Positions 40,299-49,403 of a stretch of 64,000 nucleotides of DNA are shown one piece after another (positions within the stretch are counted from its first letter, which is position 1; every line of letters begins with the position of its first letter). The notes beneath the pieces are model-generated. The model made no database searches and was not told the DNA's origin. It was given only the letters and a program-made list of their open reading frames with translations. Origin of the DNA: Methyloligellaceae bacterium (lineage in GTDB: Bacteria; Pseudomonadota; Alphaproteobacteria; Rhizobiales; CBDHHC01); the NCBI GenBank assembly GCA_050633205.1, contig JBOEGA010000010.1, positions 6,415-70,414 on the forward strand. The letters run 5' to 3'. The position numbers and the translations under genes are program-made.

Positions 40299-41603
40299 TC
40301 ACTGTTTCCAGGTAAAATCGTCTACACGACCCGGTTTCGGAGTTAATGTTTCACCACTAACAAGAACCCTGTAATAGGGGGTTTCCTTGATTGGCACACG
40401 ACGCTTTGCATCTTTCAAGCTCAAATCATTTGCTGACGTTACAGAAGCCAGTGCAGTCAGCCCGGAGCCAACCTCATCAGCAATGATATCACCTGTTATT
40501 GCACTTACAGATCCGGGATTGTTTCTTACACCAGAACCTGACAAAACTGTGTCAGAAATTGGAGGGCGCACAATCTTGATTCCCTCGATAAGCTTTCCAC
40601 CACTCTTCTTTGCCTTGTTATCAGTTTTTGCTCCGCCCAGAAACCTGGCAAAAAAGCTTTCCTTTTCCTCTTTTTTCAAAGGTTTGGCATTTTCCGGGGT
40701 TTTTCCTGAATATCTTTTCGATATTTTGGGCTTATTCGAGTTATCTTTTGCTATCCGCGACTGTTCCTCTCTGGCACCTGCCAAAGGTATATTACGTTCA
40801 GCTTTTGCAAGCTTCATATCTCTGCGGATTTCTTTTTCAACAAAGTGTGCAAGCTTTCTGTACCCACGGCCAGTCAAATGTACACCGTCATTCTCCCGGA
40901 TACGTCTCACATTACCATTAATATCCGGGCCAAATGCACTGTACCGATTAAACTGGTCTGTAAAACCATTCCAAGTATCAATAAACTTTACACCATTAAG
41001 AAATGCATGTTTGCGGAAAACATCATTTAACAACTGCATTTTCTCATTCAGTTTAGGGCTTCGCATGATAGGCAGGCCGACCCAGTAAACAGCAACATTT
41101 TTACTTTTCAGGGACTTCAATTTAGCATCAATGCGGTCTCCAAGGATTTTACTCCATTCTTTGGTGCCGACTTTATGCCCTTTGCGGCCCTTATAAATGG
41201 TTGATAGCTCCTTCAGGCCGATCAGGACGATAACTATGTCCATTTTATCCTGTGCAACAAGAGCTTCCAGATCATTTTTCCAGTTGAACCCTCTCGAAAC
41301 TGCCAAGCCTGAACTATACTTAATACGGCTTTTTAATTCTATATTTCTATCTTTCGAGAATGCACTTACCAGGCCGTTATATGTACCCTGTGCGAGGGAT
41401 GCTCCTACAACATAAACCTTATATTTCCCCCCCTGAGGAAAAGGCGTAATGTAGGTTTTGGACAACTGATCAGACTGGGCATTGGCGACAAGGGTACTAC
41501 TGCCTGTAAATGTGAATGAAAGTACAAGCAGACATAAGAAGCCTGTAAGGGCCTGATGTCCTGAATTTAAGCCTGCTTTTATAAAATGCATCAGATGTTT
41601 CAT
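40299..41603 (-). CDS. SGNH-hydrolase-like protein (DUF459-like)
   Basis: Signal peptide. VYVVGASLAQG in the block-I position and DGVHLTGRGYRKLAHFV as block V. It has a C-terminal Lys-rich low-complexity region. Confidence 0.6.
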   Translation of the reverse strand: MKHLMHFIKAGLNSGHQALTGFLCLLVLSFTFTGSSTLVANAQSDQLSKTYITPFPQGGKYKVYVVGASLAQGTYNGLVSAFSKDRNIELKSRIKYSSGLAVSRGFNWKNDLEALVAQDKMDIVIVLIGLKELSTIYKGRKGHKVGTKEWSKILGDRIDAKLKSLKSKNVAVYWVGLPIMRSPKLNEKMQLLNDVFRKHAFLNGVKFIDTWNGFTDQFNRYSAFGPDINGNVRRIRENDGVHLTGRGYRKLAHFVEKEIRRDMKLAKAERNIPLAGAREEQSRIAKDNSNKPKISKRYSGKTPENAKPLKKEEKESFFARFLGGAKTDNKAKKSGGKLIEGIKIVRPPISDTVLSGSGVRNNPGSVSAITGDIIADEVGSGLTALASVTSANDLSLKDAKRRVPIKETPYYRVLVSGETLTPKPGRVDDFTWKQ

Positions 41604-41686
41604 TCTTTATTCGTGCTCTTTATCATCAGGATTGATACTGAAAGTACCTTTCTCAGTGTCTCCCCATCTATCGCTTGTTACACAGG

Positions 41687-42733
41687 TTATTTCTTTTTAC
41701 CTGGCCATGGCGTAATAAATTTATCTCCGCCCCGCAATCTGTCTGCCAGATAGCCAACTGATAAAGCATAGGCGAAAGAGTTATTATAGCGGAGAATTGA
41801 CCTAAAATTGGGTAAAATCAAGAAGGCAGGTCCTTTTTTTCCTGATGAAAGCTGAAGATAAGCCTTATCAGTTAATCTCGGGAAAGGTTTACCATTCGCT
41901 CTCTTAACACCAAGCTTTTTCCAGCTGCCCAGAGTTTTTCTTAACTTCTTGCGGTGGCTAACTAATTTGTAATTAAAACCTTTAGGCAGTTTGACCTCGT
42001 AGCCCCATGTCTTTCCATTCTTCCACTTGGAAACTCTTAGATAATTTGCTGTGGATCCCAGCGCATCAGGGATAGAATGCCAGATATCCCGCTTTCCATC
42101 TTTATCAAAGTCAACAGCATAGGCGTTATATGTGGTTGGGATAAACTGGGTATGCCCCATAGCCCCGGCCCAGGAACCCAACATTTTTTCAGGGGTAATA
42201 TCTCCCCGCTGGAGTATTTTCAGAGAAGCCAAAAGCTGGCTTCTACCAAAACGGCGCCTTGATCCCCGGTAAGCCAAAGTTGCCAGAGACCGCACAACGC
42301 TTTTATCTCCCTTATGCGAGCCAAAGTTGCTTTCCAGCCCCCATATAGCCAGAACTATATGCCGATCAACGCCATATTTCTTTTCAACTGATCTTAAAAG
42401 TTTATCATGTTCTTTTAGTAACTTAAGCCCCTGATCAATTCGTTCCTGACGAACCCGGCGTTCTATATATTCCTCAATTGTTTTCTTAAACTCAGCCTGA
42501 TTATTGGCCTTGTCAAAAACATCCTGATCCGGCCCTTCAATGCCTTTAAATGCAGCTTTGAAGGTTTTGGCTTTGATACCCTTGCGTTTTGCGGTTTTCT
42601 CAAAGCGCACAAGCCATTTTTTGAACAGATGATCTGTATCCGCATAAGCAGGGGTTATATTTACTGTAAAAGCGGAAGCTCCTGCAAACAGAAAAAGAGC
42701 ACCACAAATAGCGATGGAAAGGATATTTTTCAT
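41687..42733 (-). CDS. lytic murein transglycosylase (MltB family)
   Basis: I prefer the start at MKNILSIAICGALFLFAGASA (signal peptide); the track ORF extends to 42781. IWGLESNFG (catalytic Glu), GSWAGAMGHTQFIPTTY and DIWHSIPDALGSTANYL are present. Confidence 0.85.
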   Translation of the reverse strand: MKNILSIAICGALFLFAGASAFTVNITPAYADTDHLFKKWLVRFEKTAKRKGIKAKTFKAAFKGIEGPDQDVFDKANNQAEFKKTIEEYIERRVRQERIDQGLKLLKEHDKLLRSVEKKYGVDRHIVLAIWGLESNFGSHKGDKSVVRSLATLAYRGSRRRFGRSQLLASLKILQRGDITPEKMLGSWAGAMGHTQFIPTTYNAYAVDFDKDGKRDIWHSIPDALGSTANYLRVSKWKNGKTWGYEVKLPKGFNYKLVSHRKKLRKTLGSWKKLGVKRANGKPFPRLTDKAYLQLSSGKKGPAFLILPNFRSILRYNNSFAYALSVGYLADRLRGGDKFITPWPGKKK

Positions 42734-42898
42734 AGAATTGCTGCCTATATGCGCTTCAATATGAGAGAGAGAGCGCAACATTTTATTTGTACCAAGACTT
42801 GTTAATCCACCTAATCAGAAGGCTATATATTGTTATCATTCAATATATTACTGAGCAAACTGACATAAGTCTAAAGCAAGTCTTAGTGAGTTTTTTCT

Positions 42899-44182
42899 TT
42901 AACGCACGTTTTTACTTATTTTTCTATGGTTTTCGTCTAAAAGTGCAAAAAACTTTCTATTCAATGCACAAGTTACAGGCAACTTATTTTTGGACTGAAA
43001 ATCCCCGATAATTGTGCGGGATTTAGGACCGATTATGCCGTCTATTTTTCCAACCTTGTATCCAAGGGCTGACAGCTGTTCCTGAACTGAACGCATATGA
43101 GATCTGGCATAGACCTTAACTTTTGGCCAACGCCCTGAAAAACCTTTATTTTCAAAGGTTCTATCTGCCAGATGACCAACAAAAATTGCGTACAGGTTTG
43201 CCTGATTATATGTCTTAATAACCAAAAAATTGTCTGTTACCAGAAATGCGGGGCCTTTGATGCCCCCCGGGATCAGCAGGTAAGCCTTTTGGCCAAGCTC
43301 TTCTTTAGTGAAAGATTTCTTTCCAATACGGGAAACACCAATTTTCATCCATTCGGCAATTGTACGCCCATTATCAAAACCTTCCAGACGGCAATCCAGC
43401 TTTTTTGAAACGCGAACTTCATAGCCCCATGTTTTATTCTGTTGCCAGCCATTTTTTGACAGATAATTGGCCGTAGAAGCAAGAGCATCAATTTTGTTTT
43501 TCCATATATCCCGCTTGCCGTCACCATCATGATCAACTGCATACAGGCGGAAATCATTCGGCATAAACTGGGTGTACCCCATCGCACCTGCCCATGAACT
43601 TTTCATATTGGCCGGTGTTACGTGCCCCTGTTCAAGAATCTGTAACGCAATCAGAAGTTCATTTCTGAAGTACTCTTTTCGACGTCCCATATAGGCCTGA
43701 GTCGTCAGGACTTCTATGGCATAATGAGGAAGTTTTGTGCGACCAAACGAAGTTTCCCTGCCCCATATCGACAGTACTATTCCGGCATCGACACCGTATT
43801 TTTTCTCGATCCTGCCAAGACTGACTTTCCACTTTTTATAAAGCTTCCGGCTTCTTTTTGAGAGAGTATTTAAATAATTTTTGGGAAAGTATTTTCCGGG
43901 GCTTGAAAACTCTGGCTGCCGCTTTATTTTACTGTTTCTCTTTGGCTTTTTAGGTTTATGAATAGCAAGATCAGGAAGCTTCCACTGAAGTTTAACTCCC
44001 TTAAAAGCCAGATCCAGAGTTTTTTTGGAAATCCCCTTTTTCCCGGCTTCAGCTTTCAGTTCTTTCAACCACCCTTTAAACTCCTTACTCAGCTGAGCCC
44101 GACTGACTTTCGCAGCGTGAGCCATGCAGGACAGGGAGGAAAATGCCAATGATGCTATAAGCAGTAATCTGATGATATTCAT
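42899..44182 (-). CDS. lytic murein transglycosylase (MltB family) with a C-terminal peptidoglycan-binding domain
   Basis: Signal peptide. IWGRETSFG, SSWAGAMGYTQFMPNDF and DIWKNKIDALASTANYL are present. The C-terminal VQEQLSALGYKVGKIDGIIGPKSRTIIGDFQ is PG_binding_1-like. Confidence 0.85.
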   Translation of the reverse strand: MNIIRLLLIASLAFSSLSCMAHAAKVSRAQLSKEFKGWLKELKAEAGKKGISKKTLDLAFKGVKLQWKLPDLAIHKPKKPKRNSKIKRQPEFSSPGKYFPKNYLNTLSKRSRKLYKKWKVSLGRIEKKYGVDAGIVLSIWGRETSFGRTKLPHYAIEVLTTQAYMGRRKEYFRNELLIALQILEQGHVTPANMKSSWAGAMGYTQFMPNDFRLYAVDHDGDGKRDIWKNKIDALASTANYLSKNGWQQNKTWGYEVRVSKKLDCRLEGFDNGRTIAEWMKIGVSRIGKKSFTKEELGQKAYLLIPGGIKGPAFLVTDNFLVIKTYNQANLYAIFVGHLADRTFENKGFSGRWPKVKVYARSHMRSVQEQLSALGYKVGKIDGIIGPKSRTIIGDFQSKNKLPVTCALNRKFFALLDENHRKISKNVR

Positions 44183-44359
44183 ATGAAAAATATAGATTTC
44201 TGTGTTTTGTTAAAGCAGTTCTATAGCAGACTCCCAAAACGTTGTCATTAAATCGCATACCAAATAAATTTGTTGTCAAGAGGAAACAGGGCTTGCTTTA
44301 AATCCCTCAATGGTTTAGCCCGAAATTCTTATAATTCAGATATTAAGAGGCAGGTTTAT

Positions 44360-45325
44360 ATGGGAAATTTTCTGGCATCAGCTCAACGTACTCTGCAATT
44401 GGAGACAGAAGGCCTAAAAAACCTTTCCAACTCACTTGAGAATGAACTGGCCGAAGATTTCAGTAAAGCGGCAGAGATCATACGCTCTGCTTCAGGCCGA
44501 GTAATTATTACCGGTATGGGAAAAAGCGGTCATGTTGCGCAGAAAGTTGCTGCAACGATGGCGTCTACCGGAACACCTGCCTATTTTGTTCATCCAAGCG
44601 AAGCCAGTCATGGTGATCTGGGTATGATTACCAAAAAAGACGTGGTTTTAGCTTTTTCCTGGTCCGGTGAGACAGTGGAGCTGATGAGCCTAATAGAATA
44701 TTCAAGGCGTTTTGCTGTTCCTCTAATATCTGTTACTTCAAACAGGGAAAGTACTCTTGCCAAATCTTCCGAGGTTGCTCTTGTTCTACCGGACTCTCAG
44801 GAGGCCTGCCCTCATGGACTTGCTCCAACAACATCAACAACCATGCAGATTGCACTTGGTGATGCACTCGCAATAGCACTTCTTGAAAGCCGGGGCTTTA
44901 CAGCTACAGATTTCAAAGTTTTCCACCCAGGTGGAACTCTTGGTGCCAGCCTTAAATTTGTTGGCGATGTTATGCATAAAAAGGACAAATTACCTCTGAT
45001 TGGTCTGGATACTGTCATGAGTGAAGCTCTTGTCGTTATGACTGAGAAGAGCTTTGGCTGCCTTGGTGTTGTTGATGCCTCCGGCCAGCTTGCTGGAATT
45101 ATTACTGATGGTGATCTGCGCCGGAAAATGGGCCCCAGTCTGCTAGAGTCCAGGGCGGAGAATGTTATGACCAAATCGCCAAAAACGGTAAAACCGGATA
45201 CTCTGGCCAGTGCAGCTCTTGAGCAAATCAACAGCTCAAATATTACATCTCTGTTTGTGGTAGAAGAAAATCTCCCGGTAGGTATCGTACATGTACACGA
45301 TTTATTACGTATTGGCGTGGCATAG
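44360..45325 (+). CDS. kdsD: arabinose-5-phosphate isomerase (KpsF/KdsD/GutQ family; SIS plus CBS pair)
   Basis: Start moved to MGNFLASAQ (AAGAGG upstream). GMGKSGHVAQKVAATMASTGTPAYFVHPSEASHGDLG is the hallmark SIS block, with tandem CBS at the C-terminus. kdsD versus kpsF cannot be distinguished by eye. Confidence 0.85.
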   Translation: MGNFLASAQRTLQLETEGLKNLSNSLENELAEDFSKAAEIIRSASGRVIITGMGKSGHVAQKVAATMASTGTPAYFVHPSEASHGDLGMITKKDVVLAFSWSGETVELMSLIEYSRRFAVPLISVTSNRESTLAKSSEVALVLPDSQEACPHGLAPTTSTTMQIALGDALAIALLESRGFTATDFKVFHPGGTLGASLKFVGDVMHKKDKLPLIGLDTVMSEALVVMTEKSFGCLGVVDASGQLAGIITDGDLRRKMGPSLLESRAENVMTKSPKTVKPDTLASAALEQINSSNITSLFVVEENLPVGIVHVHDLLRIGVA

Positions 45326-45486
45326 TACACGGCACTTATCTGTCACTTTCGACAGTTAATAACTTCTTACTACTTTAAGTAAAATACGCTGAGTGAAGTT
45401 CAGCGAATATTTTCCGCTCCCATATATAATACTCCCAAAGAAGAGAACTATAGTTCCATAAAAATTAAACTGGTTTGGGGTGTAAT

Positions 45487-46275
45487 ATGGATATCGCGAC
45501 TATTGCCGGAATGATAGCCGGCATGATCATCGTTGTCGTTGCCATTCTTATTGGTGGGGATTTCGGCAGTTTTGTTAATATTCCGTCAATTCTTATCGTG
45601 GTTGGCGGCGGCCTCGCGGCCACTGTTATCAGATTCCCCCTACCCAAGATTTTTTCAGCTTTTGCCTGCGGCAGCAGTGTTGCCTTTACCCACAGGTCCA
45701 TCAGTCATAAAGAAGTGATTGATGAGGTTACACGCCTTTCCTATGTGGTTCGTAAAGATGGCCCTCTAGGGCTTGAAAACACTGAAATAAAAGAAGAAAT
45801 GCTCCGAAAAGGCGCGCAGATGATAGCGGATGGTTATGAACCAGATCTTATCCGCACCATGCTGGAACGTGAACGGGATCTATTACTGGAACGTATTGAT
45901 GAAGGTGCCAGAATTTATAAGGCACTGGGAGATGCGGCACCAGCATTTGGTATGATCGGAACCCTGGTTGGTCTGGTACAGATGCTTTCAACCATGGATG
46001 ACCCTGCATCAATTGGACCGTCGATGGCGGTAGCACTTTTAACAACACTCTATGGAGCGGTCATTTCCAACCTTATTTGTCTGCCTATTTCAGATAAGCT
46101 GAATAACAAGGCTGTTTATCAGGAGATTAACCTGAATCTTGCTCTGGATGGAATTATTCATCTCAGAGAGAACAAAAGTCCCCAGATCATTCGTGAGTCT
46201 CTGATCGCCTATCTGCCAGACAAAGAGCGTGCTGCTGTTCTGGCGGAAGATGCTGCTTCGGCAGGGGCAGCGTAG
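45487..46275 (+). CDS. motA: flagellar stator protein MotA/PomA
   Basis: 262 aa from MDIATIAG. Four TM helices, with PAFGMIGTLVGLV and YGAVISNLICLPI segments typical of MotA. Followed by motB. Confidence 0.85.
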   Translation: MDIATIAGMIAGMIIVVVAILIGGDFGSFVNIPSILIVVGGGLAATVIRFPLPKIFSAFACGSSVAFTHRSISHKEVIDEVTRLSYVVRKDGPLGLENTEIKEEMLRKGAQMIADGYEPDLIRTMLERERDLLLERIDEGARIYKALGDAAPAFGMIGTLVGLVQMLSTMDDPASIGPSMAVALLTTLYGAVISNLICLPISDKLNNKAVYQEINLNLALDGIIHLRENKSPQIIRESLIAYLPDKERAAVLAEDAASAGAA

Positions 46276-46287
46276 GGGATATAGACC

Positions 46288-47133
46288 ATGGCAAAAAAAC
46301 CTGATGCAGGCTTACCCGAATGGCTGGTAACTTTCGCCGACCTGATGTCTCTTCTGGTGTGTTTCTTCGTTCTGATTATTTCGTTTTCTATTCAGGATAA
46401 GGAAAAACTGCAAGTGGTTGCCGGTTCGATGCGTGATGCTTTTGGTATTAAATATGAAGCCAGAAAAGCAGGCATGATTGAGATTGAGGGTGCCCCGGTA
46501 CGTGAGTTCGTGAAGAGTGTTGCTCCTATTCCCCGTGAACAGGATACTGACTATGCGGAACAGCGACATGACCAGAAAACAAAGCAGGGGCCGGAAGCCA
46601 ATACGCATGATATTGAGAAAACCAATATCGAGCGCCCACGACAGTTTGCGTTAGCGGCAGCTTCTCTTCGCCAGGCCTGGAAAGCATTGCCTGAAATAAC
46701 GGAAAGGTCTGATAGTCTTCTCGTGGAAACCACTCCGGAGGGGTTACATATTCAACTGGTGGACCAGGAAGGACGTTCCATGTTCCCAGAAACCTCATCC
46801 GAACCTTATGAACGGACGCGCAAACTTCTGGCCAAGATGGCACCTGTAATCAGGAAGATGCCAAACCGTATTGCAATCACCGGGCATACAGATGCAAACC
46901 GTCAATATTCGAGACCAGATTATACCTTATGGGATTTATCGGCTGACCGGGCAAAGGCTGCACGTCGAATATTGTCAGAAAATGGTATTCCACATAACAG
47001 GTTTCACTCTATTTCCGGAAAAGCAGATTCTGACCCGCTTTTCCCGGAGGATCCGTTTCTTGCTGCAAACAGGCGGATCTCTATCCTGATTATGTCTGAA
47101 GCTCCACCCTACCCTGTTGAACACAGGCCATAG
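46288..47133 (+). CDS. motB: flagellar stator protein MotB/PomB (OmpA-like C-domain)
   Basis: WLVTFADLMSLLVCFFVLI carries the conserved Asp in the single TM helix. The C-terminal ITGHTD...WDLSADRAKAARRIL...NRRISILI is an OmpA/MotB peptidoglycan-binding motif. Confidence 0.85.
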   Translation: MAKKPDAGLPEWLVTFADLMSLLVCFFVLIISFSIQDKEKLQVVAGSMRDAFGIKYEARKAGMIEIEGAPVREFVKSVAPIPREQDTDYAEQRHDQKTKQGPEANTHDIEKTNIERPRQFALAAASLRQAWKALPEITERSDSLLVETTPEGLHIQLVDQEGRSMFPETSSEPYERTRKLLAKMAPVIRKMPNRIAITGHTDANRQYSRPDYTLWDLSADRAKAARRILSENGIPHNRFHSISGKADSDPLFPEDPFLAANRRISILIMSEAPPYPVEHRP

Positions 47134-47768
47134 TTTTGCTGCAGACTAACCTCTGCCTGCTCCGGTGTTATAGGCAGGTAAGGTTTTGCTATATCGGAAT
47201 TATCCCAAATCTGCATGTTGTCCGCCATTGATCTAATAGATGCGATATTTGTGGCCAGAAATAACGCCCGTTTTGATATTTCCTGTTCTGGTACATATCT
47301 GCTGCGTTTTTTACTTCTCCGGATCGCAACTGATAAATCACAATAAATAATCTGCATTCTTACTGAGTATCCCTGAGCTCTGCAAACACGGACCATATCC
47401 AGTATTTCTGAACGACAAAGCCCCATATCCATGACAATGTTCATGCGGTGCTCTACTGCTTTAGGGAACAGTAATTCATCCGCAAGCTTTCGAGCAGGCA
47501 ATTCCCAGTATGACCTTGCATTTTCTGCTCCAAAGTTATTGAAGTCATTCTGATATTCCAGAAGCTCCTCCATTACCCGATCCGGGTCATGATAGTAATA
47601 ATCCTGCGGAAGAGTTCCCTGCTTTTCCTGCAATGACAGAAAGGTTGTCTTACCTGAAGCCGGAATGCCTGCCATTGTGTAAAGCACCGGGCGTGCTGAA
47701 GCGATCGGCGTTGGGCCAATAAATTTATTGAGAATTCTAAGTTGTTGCTGCTCGTCTATAAATTTCAT
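47109..47768 (-). CDS. P-loop kinase, zeta-toxin-family-like
   Basis: 219 aa. Walker A MAGIPASGKTTF. Size and layout fit zeta-toxin/AAA_33-type small-molecule kinases. Its stop overlaps the motB 3' end by 25 nt. Confidence 0.55.
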   Translation of the reverse strand: MKFIDEQQQLRILNKFIGPTPIASARPVLYTMAGIPASGKTTFLSLQEKQGTLPQDYYYHDPDRVMEELLEYQNDFNNFGAENARSYWELPARKLADELLFPKAVEHRMNIVMDMGLCRSEILDMVRVCRAQGYSVRMQIIYCDLSVAIRRSKKRSRYVPEQEISKRALFLATNIASIRSMADNMQIWDNSDIAKPYLPITPEQAEVSLQQNYGLCSTG

Positions 47769-47867
47769 TATTCATTGATTAGCAAAAAATTGGTTTCCAA
47801 CCCACTCCCATGTGGGCTAAAAAGCCCGTAAGATACGGGACCACAATATAAGTTGATATAATATAAT

Positions 47868-48686
47868 ATGCAAACTCTGATCATTATTCCTGCGCGTTAC
47901 GGCTCTACGCGTTTTCCAGGAAAACCACTTTTTAATATTAAGGGGAAGACACTGCTGCAGCGTGTTATTCGAATTGCAGAGCAGGCTTCTGAAGGAAATA
48001 ATGCCCGTTTCCTTGTTGCTACTGATCATGAGGATATTCTCAAGCATTGTAACGATCTCGGCGCTCCTGCTGTTATGACTGATACCGACCTTGCTTCAGG
48101 GACTGACAGGGCACTGGCTGCTATTGAAGCAGATGGCTCGCAACCTGATTTTGTAATCAATCTGCAGGGTGATGCACCTTTTACGCCTGCGGCTCATGTT
48201 TCGAAATTAATAGAGAGTGCCAAAACACTTGAGGGAGATGTTTTTACTCCTGTTATCAAACTGGACTGGGAAGCTCTTGATATGCTTAGAGAGCGCAAGA
48301 AGACAACGCCATTCAGCGGTACTACCTGTGTGAGAACTCCAGACGGCAAGGCATTCTGGTTTTCAAAGAATATTCTGCCAGCAATCCGCAAGGAAGATGA
48401 TTTAAGAGCAACAAGTACGCTGTCGCCAGTTTTCAGGCATATCGGGCTTTATGGATACAGAATGGAAGCCTTAAGAAAATTTGCTGAGCTTCCTCCGGGG
48501 TTTTATGAAATTATGGAAGGGCTTGAACAGCTCAGATTTCTTGAAAATGGCATGTCTATTCAAGCAGTTGAAGTTGATACTCCGGCAATATCAATGTCTG
48601 GTGTTGATACCCGTGAAGATGCTGAGCTAGCCATTCAGCTTATCGAGAAAACTGGCGACCCTTATGACGACGGGAGCCTGCAATGA
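47868..48686 (+). CDS. kdsB: 3-deoxy-manno-octulosonate cytidylyltransferase (CMP-Kdo synthetase)
   Basis: IIPARYGSTRFPGKPL N-terminus, NLQGDAPF and EQLRFLENG motifs. Confidence 0.9.
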   Translation: MQTLIIIPARYGSTRFPGKPLFNIKGKTLLQRVIRIAEQASEGNNARFLVATDHEDILKHCNDLGAPAVMTDTDLASGTDRALAAIEADGSQPDFVINLQGDAPFTPAAHVSKLIESAKTLEGDVFTPVIKLDWEALDMLRERKKTTPFSGTTCVRTPDGKAFWFSKNILPAIRKEDDLRATSTLSPVFRHIGLYGYRMEALRKFAELPPGFYEIMEGLEQLRFLENGMSIQAVEVDTPAISMSGVDTREDAELAIQLIEKTGDPYDDGSLQ

Positions 48687-49291
48687 CCAGAATTATTATT
48701 GCAAGACATGGTAATACTTTTGATGCGGGAGAGGTGGTTACGCGTGTTGGAGCCAGAACGGATATACCACTGTCAAATTCGGGGAAGGTTCAGGCAATAG
48801 CTCTTGGACAATATTTCAAAGAGCAAAGCTCTCCGTTTGATATTGCTTTTTGCTCAACTTTACGGAGGACTAAAGAGACAGCCGATATTATATTGTCTGA
48901 GCGGCAATCAGAAATCACACCGTCTGTCCTGACATTCCTCACTGAAATCGATTATGGACCTGATGAGAACCTACCGGAAGACATTGTTCTTCAGAGAATT
49001 GGTCAAGACGCTATTGATAAGTGGGAAAAACTGGGTACTCCGCCACAGGGCTGGCTGGTTGAACCGGACAGGCTTATGCAGGAATGGCGTGATTTCTTTT
49101 CACTTATGCATGCAGAAAATAACGGAAAAAATATTCTTGTTGTAACAAGCAACGGAATTGCCCGTTTTGCTCTGCAGGCAATTGATTCTGCAGCATCACA
49201 CAGTCTTAAGCTTAAAACCGGAGCATTTGGAGAAATTACCATTGATAATGGCGGAAAAGCCCGCATTATGGAATGGAATATTCGTCCCTGA
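48683..49291 (+). CDS. histidine phosphatase (phosphoglycerate-mutase-like) family protein
   Basis: IIARHGNT (RHG catalytic motif) at the N-terminus, and STLRRTKETA. The start overlaps the kdsB stop (ATGA at 48683-48686). Confidence 0.75.
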   Translation: MTRIIIARHGNTFDAGEVVTRVGARTDIPLSNSGKVQAIALGQYFKEQSSPFDIAFCSTLRRTKETADIILSERQSEITPSVLTFLTEIDYGPDENLPEDIVLQRIGQDAIDKWEKLGTPPQGWLVEPDRLMQEWRDFFSLMHAENNGKNILVVTSNGIARFALQAIDSAASHSLKLKTGAFGEITIDNGGKARIMEWNIRP

Positions 49292-49403
49292 AATGTCACC
49301 AAACACAAGGGTGCCACATTACTTTTATAGGGATGAATGATATCAATTTTCTATAGAAACTATAGAAATAAAAACAGAACCAATAACTTTTGTCGGTCAT
49401 ATT

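Noticed and set aside
45356-45370. CtrA-like site TTAA-N7-TTAC upstream of motA, and similar near-matches upstream of both MCP genes
   Set aside because: Each has one mismatch to TTAA-N7-TTAA(C). Such half-matches are frequent in AT-rich spacers, so there is no statistical support without a genome-wide scan.
45487-47768. Zorya-like defence module (MotA/MotB-like pair plus an extra gene)
   Set aside because: The MotA homologue is 262 aa with the normal four-TM stator layout; ZorA is far larger and has a long tail. MotB has the standard plug/TM Asp and OmpA-like domain. The neighbouring kinase is on the opposite strand. The best reading is ordinary flagellar stator genes.
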